Positions 52,267-62,845 of a DNA stretch of 64,000 nucleotides are shown piece by piece; positions within the stretch are counted from its first letter, which is position 1, and each line of letters starts with the position of its first letter. The DNA lies in assembly GCA_965178125.1 (NCBI GenBank), contig OZ237760.1:744001-808000 (forward strand), read 5' to 3'. This DNA is from Bilabrum cf. latius (Eukaryota). The position numbers and the translations under genes were made by a program. The notes under the pieces were generated by a model. It saw only the letters and a program-made list of their open reading frames with translations, did not search any database and was not told the origin of the DNA.

Positions 52267-55200
52267 ATGCCGAAAAAGAAGAAGGGGAAGGAGCTGAAAC
52301 TCCCAACCGCGCGAAAGATCGCCCGAGGGACTCCAGCAAAGAAAGAAGCTTGGACAGAATAGCTTGCTTCAAGATGTGCGGAGCTCATGAAGGGGCAATC
52401 GATGAACTATCGGGCTCGGGGCGGCGGTGCGTTTGCGTTGCAGCTGCTGCGTTCTGCTCCTGGCCTCAACGTGAACTCTTGGAGACACTCAAACTCCAGG
52501 ATGCCGTATTGCCGCAGGAACTTGCTTCAGTTTGCTGTTCGGGGCCATTGCGAGGAGGTGCTTCGACACCTGATCGTGGAACGCGGAGCGGACCCCGGCC
52601 TCCCTGACAAGCTGTCTGGGGACACCCCTCTGCACATAGCAGCCCACCGCGGATACACCATGGTCGTGGCCATGCTGCTATCACTCGGCGCCGAACCCGA
52701 CCAGGTCGGATACCGCGGCCGAACTCCTTGCCATAACGCAGCCGCAAACGGTCACGCCGCCTCTGTGTACCTGCTCCTGCGGGCAGGGGCAGATCCCCAG
52801 CTGGAGGACTCGTTCGGGAAGTCCCCGGCCCGGCTAGCACAGGCGTGGGACCGCCTGAACGCATGGCTGCAGCCGACAGACTCGGCCCGCCGCGCCATCC
52901 GGCGCGCCCAGCGCTCCCAGAGACCCCTCCTGCGTGGCGTGCAGGCCCAGCAGGACCTCGCCGAGGAGCTGCTGGCGCCCAGCAAAGAGGACCAAGAGTG
53001 GTTCGATCGGGTGGAGGAGGCAAAGGCGATGGCTGGGGAAGGAGTCGCGGGAGAAACGCACCGTGAATCCGGTGCTAAGGCTGCGGCAGGGGCAGAGGCA
53101 GCCTCTGGCGGTGCTGGTGCTGGTGCCTTATCTACCGCAGGGGCGCCCGCCCCGACCCATGCTACCGATGCCAGTGCTGGGGGGAGCAGTCACACGGCCT
53201 AGAGGACCCCTTCCAGTGGAAGCATGCTAGTCAGCATGGAGGACCTGCCCGCGCTGCCGAGCAGTCTGAAGCACCTGGAGGAGGACAGTGACCTTCCGAG
53301 TGCTGGTGCTGGTGCTGGTGCTGGTGCTGGTGCTGGTGCTGGTGCTGGTGCTGGTGCTGGTGCTAGTGCTGGTGCTGGTGCTGGTGCTGGTGCTGGTGCT
53401 GGTGCTGGTGCTGGTGCTGGTGCTGGTGCTGTTGCAGGGGCCACCGGGGCTGTAACAACGTCTAGTGGTGACAGAGCTAGGCCGAGTAGGTCCAGCGAGA
53501 AACGCCTCGAGAAGCCGGGTCAGGAGCATGAGCAGGAGCAGTATCAGGATCACCAGGCTGCAGCCAAGGAGCCGGATGGGATGAAGACGGGCACCAGGAG
53601 GACACAGGGCCAGCTGCTCCCGAGACACGGCGATGTTGGTAGTGATGCGACTCTCACTCGGCCTGAGGAAGCAGCTGGAACCGGCAGGAGCAATGAGCAC
53701 GCCACATCGCTCGATCGCACTCCCCAAAGCGGCACCACGATTGCCGCCAGCACCGGGTACGATGATGCGATCGTGTACGGAGACGTGAGCGAGGAGATCA
53801 GGCAGAGGCCGAGGTTGCCAGGCACGTACGGGGACATGAGCGAAGAGATCAGGCAGAGGCCGAGGTTGCCAGGCACGTACGGAGACATGAGCGAAGAGAT
53901 CAGGCAGAGGCCGAGGTCGCCAGGCACGTACGGGGACGTTGCGCATCCGTCCCCGGTACAGGTGCACCCCGCAGTGGCTGCTGCCGCTGCTGCTGGACGG
54001 GGCGCGGGCTAGCCACAGCCAACCCTTCATCCTATCCCAACCCAGTCGGCAGGTCCCGCCGCAGCCCGCCGCTAGATCTAGTCCGATGACAGCAGCCTGC
54101 AGATTCCTTCCGACATCCCGCAGGTGAGCGCCGACCAGGTGCAGCTGCTCGAGGAGATAGGCGCGGGTGGGTTCGGGATGGTGTACAGGGCCTCACTGCG
54201 GAGCATGCCCGGCACGCCTCTGGTGGTCAAAGCGCTCTACAGGGTGGGCAAACTGGACCAGGCTGAGAGGCGCGCCCTCATTGCGGAGACCCGACTCATG
54301 GCTCTGGCGGCCCGCCCGCCCCACGAGAACGTGGCCAGCTTTGTGGGATTAATCGCGAGAGAGGGCGGTCGGACGGCGGATGGGAGGCGACTCTCGTATG
54401 GCATGGTGATGCGGCTGTACGAGGGGGGCTCCTTGCGCGACCTGATCGAGGGTGTGGGCGTGCATGCGGGGAGTGCCAGGGTGAGCAGGGGCACGAGCGG
54501 TGGCCTGGGATTGAGTCGGTCGACAGACTCGGGAAGCGCGGGCTCCGGTTCCGGGTCTGGGTCTGGACCGCGCATGTCCAGGGGGGTGTCGGGAGCTGTG
54601 TCTTCGCCTCTAGTGACCGGGAAGTCGGCTCGCGTCCCTGGGGATGACGAGGACGATGGGGACGGCGAAGGCGATGACGAGGACGCTCGGCAGTCCATGG
54701 ACTACTGCCAGCGAGTCCCGCTGCAGAGAAGGCTGGAGATCCTGAGGGACGTGGCGCGTGGGCTGGCCTTCCTTCACCTGGCACAGCCGGGACGCCCGGA
54801 GCGGCTCGTGCACCGGGACCTCAAGCCAGACAACGTGCTGCTGACCACCCCCCATGTGCTGGCAACCAAGGGTGCCATTTCTGATTTCGGGCTGTCGGCC
54901 GTGCGGACCATGCACGGCCAGAGTTTGCTCTCTTCGGCTTCCTCCTCTTCAGCGAGAGAGGAGGCACCTGCCGAATCGTTGCCCCCAGTCGCCTCGGTGG
55001 CATACAGGGCCCCGGAGGTGTGGGGCACCTCAACGAGGAGGAAGAAGGAGCACAAGGGCGCTTCTTCGTCTTCTTCTTCCTCCTCCTCAACTCCCGCAAG
55101 GGCAAGTGGCGGGGCTGGTGCATCGTCCGCCTCGACCTCGACCGAGGGAACAGGCCCGGGTGGAGGTCATTCGGGGGAGGGCCACCCGCACCAGAGCGAA

Positions 55201-55662
55201 GGAACACCGGCCCTGACCCTAACGGAGCAGAGGCGAGCCGCGGCTGTACGGGCCATTCGGGAGGATCCCGCCGTGGACGTGTTCAGCTTCGGGGTGACCG
55301 CTTTCGTGGTGCTGACCGGGCTGGCTCCATGGGGCGGCGAGCGGTCCGTCGCTTCGCTGTACCAGGCCATCGTGATGGACCGGTAGGACATGCCCGGGAC
55401 CGTGCCGGAGTGGTGCGGGGTCCGTGCGGGCCACGCGGAGCTGGTGAGGACCTGCATGCGGTACGACCCGAGGGAGAGACCGAGCGCGCTGCGGGTGTGC
55501 GAGATGCTTGATCAACTGATCGAGGGGCTCTCAGCGGACCGAAGCAAGAGCGCTGGGCAGGGCGTGAGTGCTCGATTTCCAAGTGCATTGCATGGGAGTG
55601 CTGACGACGACGATGAAGCCGGGCCGGGGATTGACAACGAGTATTCCCCCATTGTTGATTAA
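52267..55662 (+). CDS. Ankyrin-repeat protein kinase (TKL-like), 1131 aa
   Basis: Ankyrin motifs GDTPLHIAAHRG and GRTPCHNAAANGH; kinase motifs IGAGGFGMVY, VVK, HRDLKPDN, SDFG, YRAPE, DVFSFG, CMRYDPRERPS. One frame through TAG at 52360, 53200, 54010, 54073, 54079 and 55384; ends TAA. Confidence 0.88.
53302..53430. repeat. (GCTGGT)n coding microsatellite giving an Ala-Gly tract
   Basis: About 21 hexamer copies inside the kinase gene linker. Confidence 0.95.
53775..53939. repeat. 51-bp coding tandem repeat, 3 copies plus a partial (YGDMSEEIRQRPRLPGT)
   Basis: Units start at 53775, 53826, 53877 and 53928 (partial). Confidence 0.92.
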
Positions 55663-55696
55663 TTGAATGCATCGGACATAGCTAGTGTTGTACGTT

Positions 55697-58273
55697 TCAG
55701 TCCCTCCCAGGCCTTGCCATGGGGAACTTGTCCACCACGGCAGCTGCCTCTCCCTCCACGACCACCTGGGCCCGAAGCAGCTCCACTGCGCCCTGTGCCC
55801 GCGCCTGTTCCACATGCTGGGCGGCGGCTTCCTCCCCTGCCATCTCGGGCACGGCCATGGTGTTGGTGGTGAACACGATCTCGTACTCCCCGGGGGCCGA
55901 CAGCACGTCCCCAGTGCGGGGGTGCACCACCCTGAGGGACCCCTGGTCCACGCTGAAGGTCACCTGCTTGGACCCGCCAGCAGGCACGAACACCTTGTCG
56001 TGCCCGAACAGCTCCAGTCGGAGGGGGTAGTCCGCCATCTCGGGGGCGGCCAGTGCCTTGGGCTTCCACATGGCCAGCACAACGACAGAGCTGGACACAG
56101 AGCCCGTGTTGGACACGGTCACGGTATACTGGGTGGCGGGGGCGCTGGGCAAAGCGGCTGGCATGCGCAGAGGCGCGGGCGGCTCCGGATTCCAGCTCAT
56201 CTTGAATGTGGTGTAGCTGAGTCCGGCCCCGAAGGGGTACACGACAGGCCCGTCGAAGTACCTGTAGGTCCTACCAGGGGCGCAGCCCATGCACATGCTG
56301 GTCATGTTCACCTCGTTCGTGTAGTTGGCGTGATACATAGTGAAAGGCAGCCGGCCCGCGGGGCTGTGGTCCCCGAACAGCACGTCAGCCACGCCCCTGC
56401 CCCCGTGGTACCCCGGGTAGAAGCTCTCCAGGATGGCGGGGGCACTGGCCTTCTCCGCGCTGATGTCAACCACACCTCCGTTGAGGAACACCACCACGGT
56501 GCTGGGCTGCACCGCCAGCACTGCCTGCACGAGATCGTGCTGCACGCCCGGCAGCTCGATGTCCTTGCGGTCGAGGCTCTCGCCCTCGATGCTCTGGTCG
56601 ATGCCCATCACCAGCACCGCCACGTCGGCCGACTTGGCGGCCCCCACAGCTGCAGCAAAGCCGCTCTTGTCCTGTGAGTTGACGTCGCATCCCTTCTCGT
56701 ACTGGGTGCTGCCCCCCGCATTGGCGGCCTTGATGGCTTCCTGCACGGTCTGGATGCAGGAGAGGTCGTCCCACTAGTCCCCCGGGCACAGCTGGCCCAG
56801 GTACGACGCCACCAGGGCGGTCTCGCTGTCCGCGTTGGGCCCGATGACCGCCACCCGCTGGCCCTTCTTGAGAGGCAGCAGCCCCCCCTGGTTCTTGAGC
56901 AGGACCGAGGCCTGTCTCGAGGTCTCCAGGGCCAGGGCCTGCGAGCTGTTCTTCCCGAACTCGCTGGTGGAGTAGTTCCAGTAGGGCTGGTCCTCCACGG
57001 GATCGAAGAGACCCAGCCGCACCCTCACTTCCATGGCGTGCTGCAGGGCAAGGTCCACGTCCGATTGCGCGCACTCCCCGTTGGCCACACCCTGCGCGAG
57101 ACTCTCCCAGTACACGGCCCCGCTGTCGATGTCGCAGTGCCCGTCCTTGACGGCCACGCACGAGGCCTACGAGGCGGTGGGGACGTACTTGTGCTGGCTG
57201 TAAATGTCCAGAATCGCGCTGGAATCGGAAGTCTGGTAGCCCTGGAAGCCCCACTCGTCACGAAGGACGTGCCTCAGCTCTGCGCTTGCGCTGGTGGGCA
57301 CGCAGGTCGTGTTCTCCGAGTCGATGAAGGCAACCGCGTTGTAGGACGACATGATGCTGGCCGCCTTGGCGTCCTGCACGGCTTTCTTGAACATGGGGAA
57401 ATAGGTGGCTCCCAGGTCATAGTCGGACACCCTGGCGCAGAAATCGTACCTCGTGTACCCGTCGCTGTCCTCGAGTGAGTATGCCACCCAGTGCTTGAGC
57501 GTGGCCACTGCCCTGAGGAACCGAGGGTCCTCCCCCTCCTGGACCCCCTTGGTGTAGGCCACCGCGTAGTCGGACAGCAGCAGCGGGTCCTCGCTCACGA
57601 CCTCCTGGGAGCGGCCCCACCTAGGGTCCCTGGGCTGGTTGATGGTGGGGCTCCACGTGTCGAGGCCAGCGGGGGGCCTCCCGCTCCACGAGTTGGCCTC
57701 GGGGCAGCCGGTGAGGTAGGCGACGCGGGTCTCCACGCCGATGACGTCTCCCATGGCCCGCCACATGGACTGGTTGAACGAGGCGCCCAGTGCGTTGGGC
57801 ATCGCGAAGCTGGTGGCGCAGCGGTTGTCAATGCACAGCGTCTGCACCCCGTGCAGCGAGTTTTGGCCTGCGGACAGAGTCATCATACACGAGCATGGGC
57901 GGGACCGTACCAGAGCGCACGTATCGCGTTATAGGCCAACTTAAATGCGTGCTTCCGTTGAGCCTCCTCGCCTGTCAGCTTCCTTACCCTTGTCCAGCGC
58001 TGGCACCCCTGCCTTGGGGATCCCCTGGATGTTGCCGCGCGGCCAGCCCCGGGCCGTAAGTAGCTACGGCTTGAGATCATTGTCTGCTTGCGCGACCACA
58101 GCTTTCGCCCTCTCTGATACCGATAGCTTCGTGTTGCAAAAGTCGTACTGATCGAAGCCAGGGCGGCAGGCCCTCGAGCTAAGCACCCCGGACCGGTTCG
58201 GATGGAACGGTGGCTCGATCATTGCGGTGCCGTAGCCCAGTATGATCGTGGTAATCGCGATGGCCAGCTTCAT
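55697..58273 (-). CDS. Glycoside hydrolase family 3, beta-xylosidase-like, secreted
   Basis: Signal peptide, NSLHGV, WSPTINQPRDPRWGRSQEVVSEDP, TLKHW, YQTSD, EGESLDR, PAGRLPFT, YPFGAGLSYTTF. Intron 57987-57868; TAG at 58064, 57167 and 56774; TGA stop. Confidence 0.92.
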
Positions 58274-58516
58274 CTGCAATACTAGTAAGTGTGTTGAGTT
58301 CACAATTAGATCGCCGTGCTACGGCTCGCGATACGCTTTGCTGAGCTTCGTCGAGCTCACAATGGCCGTGAAAATAGTATCAATATAGCAAGAAAAACGA
58401 TGCTGGCGCGCGTAGCGAGGCAAAGTGGAGCGGAGCGACGCCGAGAGAGCAGGCTCGCGGCTCCGAATGACAATAGCCAGCGGTCTACACCTTGCCTGCC
58501 TATGGACTGCACGCGC

Positions 58517-61204
58517 TCATTGGACAACACCACCGGGACCCGCGGCGAGCTCCTGGTCTTGGCAGGTATCCAGCGCCACCGGCTTCCCATCCGGGGTCGT
58601 AATAGTCACCGACAGCACCTCTGCCTCGCCGGTGCCGCTTCGGTCCTCGGCGGATCCAGCGAGACCGTCGCCCAGGTCAGGCTGCGCGCCGCCGAGGTAG
58701 AGGGTGTGCGTGCCGGGCACGATCCACCTGTTGCCCTTGGGGTCCACCCCCGCCATCTGGAAGGGAGTCACTTCGAAGGAAACCGACTCCTGTCCCCCCG
58801 CCGGCACAGTGCGTCGCGCGAAGCCAGCCAGGCTCAGGCGGGGCGCCCTCACACTCGTCACACCAGATGGAGCGGCAGACCCGTCCTAGCCCCCAAAGGA
58901 AGGGCTCTTCAGGTACAGCTGCAGCACCGCGTCAGCACCAGTGGCCGCCCCATTGGTCGCGCTGGCTTGCACCCGGATTCGGCCGCACGCACCCACGCTG
59001 GAGGCGGCCTCTGTCTACACGGCAGCTGGGTGCTCCTGTTCCTGTTCCTGTTCTCTGCCACTGCCCCCACTGGACGGCACGACGCTCGCCTCGTACTTCC
59101 ACTGCCCCGCATAGTCCAGGCCGTACCCAAACCCGAACAGCACCTTCTGCGTGCCGTCCTGCGCCAGGAACCGCAGGGTCCTTCCTGCCACCCCATAGTC
59201 CTCAAAGGCAGGGAGGGAGGAGGACGACTCGAACACTGTGTAGGGCATGCGGCCAGCAGGGGAGGACTCTCCCGACAGCATAGAGGCGAGAGCGGCACCC
59301 GCTGCTGGGCCCGGGTAGAACATGTCCAGGATGGCGTCGGCGCTGCTGGTCACGTTGGTCACCGAGACCGCACCGCCGTTCAGCACCACGAGCACCACGG
59401 GCGTGCCCTTGGGAGCTGCCGCCTGCAGGCGAATGAACAGATCCTGCTGGCACCCGGGGAGACCTATCACGTCCCTGTAGTCGCCCTCGCACGGGTACCC
59501 GTCGGTCCAGTTGGTGCTCTGGGAGCCCCTGTCAGCCCCCTCCCGCTCGATGGTAGTGCCGTCAAGCCCGCCCACCACCACGATGGCGCTGGCGCCTCTG
59601 GCCGCCTGCACCGCGGCATCGAACCCCGACGTGTTCTGGCACCGCGCATCGGGGCACGTCTCCACAAACTGCACGCTGGACTCCCCCCATGCGGCCTGCA
59701 GACCCTGCAGGGGGGTGGACTCCTGGGTGGCGGTGAAGGCCGCGTACGTCCCCCCGTACAGAACCGTGGAGCGGTTGGCGTTCGGGCCAACGACGAGCAC
59801 ATTCGTGCGCTGAGAGGGGGATAGGGGCAGCGCCAAGGACCCGCTGCCCGCATCAGAGCGCCCGGAGGGTCCGCTCGTGGCTCTGTTCTGCAGCAGCACC
59901 GTGCTCTCGATGGCTGCCCGCAGGGTGAGCGCGGCGTGCTCCTTGCTCCCGATGACATCCGGGCCCACGAAGCTCCAGGGAACAACGTCCGGGGGGTCGT
60001 CCGCCCCTGTCTTGAACCGCACCCTGAGCACCCTCTCGAGCGCATTATCCACGCGGGCCATCGTCAGGTTGCCTGCCTGCACCAGGCCGGGTATGTACTC
60101 CTGGAATATGCTCTTGCCGTAGTTCCACGAGCCCCCCTTCTGCTTGGGAGGCCCGCCCGAGGTCATGTCCTGGTCCAGGAATGCGCTGGCGGCGAGTCGC
60201 GCGGCGTCCTTGTACGAGGCAGCGTAATGCTGACCCGTGTACAGAAGTGGCACTCCCATGTTGTCGCTGAACGCGACCCCCTGGAACCCCCACCGGTTCT
60301 TGAGCGTGTCGTTGACCAGCCACGCGTTCGCATTGTCAGGGATGCCTTTGCCTCCATCCAGCGCTATCCCAGAGTAAGCCACCATCACGGACTCGACCCC
60401 GCCCTGCTGCACCGCGGCGTGGAAGGCCTCCAGGAAGAGCTGCTCCGCGTCGGCGCTCGTCGTGCTCGCCTCAAAGGCGGTGCGGATGGAGTCGGGGCCG
60501 GAGTGCACGCCATACATGTTCACGCCGGACGACATGAGCACGTAATGGGTCTCGCCCACGCCCTCCAGCAGACGGGAGCGGGCTTCACTTGGGAGCCGAG
60601 CGAGCAACGCGGATCCAGCGGGCGAGCGCAGCACCGGCTGGTCCCCGCGCAGGCCCTCCAGATGAGCAGAGGACATCTGTCCCGTCAAAAACGGAGATTC
60701 GCCCCAGGTTCGCTTGATTCTGCCCCAGCGAGGGTCCCGGACGACGTTCTCGGTAGGCCCGAAGCAATGAAGCCCGCTCATCATGTGCCCGAAGATCCCC
60801 TGCCGGCTGGCGTTGTTGAACGCGGCCCGGCCCTCAAGCCCTGCTGCAAAGCCAACGTCGCGGATCAGCTCGGGGTCGAATGTGGCGCCGAGGCCGATCA
60901 CGTGGGGGAAGATCGTAGCGTGGCCGTCCCAGCCGCTTCCTTCCCAGTCCGTGCCCGTAAACCCCCAGCCGTGGCAGCATTCGCTCCTCCAGTTGTACGG
61001 GTTCCAGTCAAGTCTTTCGACAGCGGGTGACATGCTCACGAGCTGGTGCGCCTTTTCATCCAGCGTGAGCCTGCCGACAAGATCGGATGCTCTTGCTTCC
61101 GGCGAGAGGTGCCAGTCTTGAAAGGGGTACTTCGGGGGCAATGCTGCGCTTGCAGCGTAAATGAATGCCCATGTACCAGCGATTGCATGGGTCAGTAGCA
61201 TCAT
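58517..61204 (-). CDS. Glycoside hydrolase family 3 with a C-terminal Fn3-like domain, secreted
   Basis: RASDLVGRLTLDEK, ATIFPHVIGLGATFDPEL, RDPRWGR, WGFQGVAFSD, SPAGRMPYT, FGFGYGL, VLQLYL, LAGFAR. TAG at 59015 and 58886; TGA 58517. Confidence 0.9.
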
Positions 61205-61455
61205 TCCTCACGAAGCGGAGACGGAATGGATGCCCCCGGGACCTGTTGCTGTTCCGGTTCCATTCGTTCGGGTAGTTTTGAGCGTCTTCAACTGAATGAA
61301 TGACATGACAGGCACACGTGTACTTGACCTAAATCAGCAATATACGCTTGACGGTAGCACTGCACTGGTGCAGATTGCGAAACGCCGACCTTTCGACGGT
61401 CGATCGCACTGCTCCACACCCGATTCCAACTCTTCACACAGGCGACTCCCAATCA

Positions 61456-62663
61456 TCACAGGATGAAGGGGATGATAGCTTTCCTGCGAAGCACCACCTT
61501 GTTGGGCTGCGGCAAGTCCTTCGCGTCCACACCTCCCTTCTTCACATCCTCGATCGCCTTCTGCTTGGCCTTCTCCTGCTTGACGTACCTCGAGTGCTTC
61601 TGCATCGCCCACTGGGTCATCTGCGCCAGCCCGGTGAGACCGAAGAGCCACCCGAATGCCATATTGGTCATTGCGCTCCAGATGACCCACGCCAGCACCT
61701 CGAACGTGTAGTTGGGGCAGGACACGAGTTCAAACAGGCCCCCGGTCACGGCCTCGCGCACGGCGATCCCCCGAGAGTCCTTCTTGGCCTTCTTCTGGCC
61801 CGTGTTGGCCGCTGCGAGCTGCAGGTGCGTCTGCAGGTTGAGCAGCTCCGACAAGGCGAACGCACCTGCCATCGCGTACAGCACAGTCTCGTCGTCCCCG
61901 TAGGGAGCCACGTAGGCTGGGTGGCAGAGCACGTAGGCGTTCAGGAGGGTGTATCCCCAGTAGTAGCCGCAGTTCTTGAACAAATTAGTGATGGGCATGG
62001 TCTCGCGCGAGAATTTGTGCACAAAGGCCGTCTCGAGGATGCGCTTGAGGTAGTGAAGCACCCAGGCGGCCACACCCAGCTTGGCGGCGAGCGTCCAGGG
62101 CTTGCTGGCGGCGTCATCGCCGAAGAAGAAACCGGGACGCAGAGCCATGAGAGCCATGATAACCATCGGTCCGCCGTACTCGGCGTAGAAGACGCCCTCG
62201 TATGGGAACTGCATGCCAATGTCCTTCAAGATCAGAGTTTTGTCATTGACGTCCATCTCGTTGAGAGTTTTCAGGTCGCGGTCGAATCGAATGGGGGTGG
62301 GCTTCTTCCCATCCGTGCCTTCGATTTCGTACTTGAGGCCCTGGCGCTGGCGGTGGATCCTTCGGACTGCGCGGGGACTAGACACTGGTGGGGATCACCA
62401 GAGACGATCGCTGGCCAGTTTCGTGCATGTATTGGCGCAAATGCCGGCTGTACGAGCTTTACCAATGCAGTTTACGGCTTTGAACGCAAATAATTGGTGC
62501 CAGGAGCGCAAAATGCGCGCTTTCCGAAACTCTCACGGTCTTTGTTGGACGCGATCTCTTCCTTCAGCTAGCGCACAGTTGTATCGCCTGGCATGGTCAT
62601 TTTCACGGGCTTCTCCATGTTCTTGCCACGCTATAGGACTACTTCAAACGATACATTCGCCAT
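61456..62663 (-). CDS. TECR: Very-long-chain trans-2-enoyl-CoA reductase (TECR/Tsc13)
   Basis: Ubiquitin-like exon 62663-62537 (TTVR*LKEEIA), KDIGMQF, EYGGP, HYLKRILETAFVHKFS, NLFKNCGYYW, LVSCPNYTFE, KAIIPFIL. TAG at 62631 and 62568; TGA stop. Confidence 0.93.
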
Positions 62664-62845
62664 GATCTACTCTACCTAGCGAAGAAGCTGCAACAACTTA
62701 TCGGACGCGAGCGAAGTGAAATTATACACGCTACATAAAAACTTCAATCTGATATAGATGCGAGCAGAACGGGGATCGCCCTCAATTTCAAAAGTCTGAG
62801 CGGACACGAATGATTTAACTGCATTAAATAATAATTTGGTTTCTT

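Larger units (their letters stand above)
12969..58863. other. Dispersed 12-mer motif GTGTGACGAGTG / CACTCGTCACAC
   Basis: Exact copies at 12969, 32630, 33824, 34965, 35942, 36303, 39595, 41306, 44928, 48628 and 58852. Confidence 0.85.
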
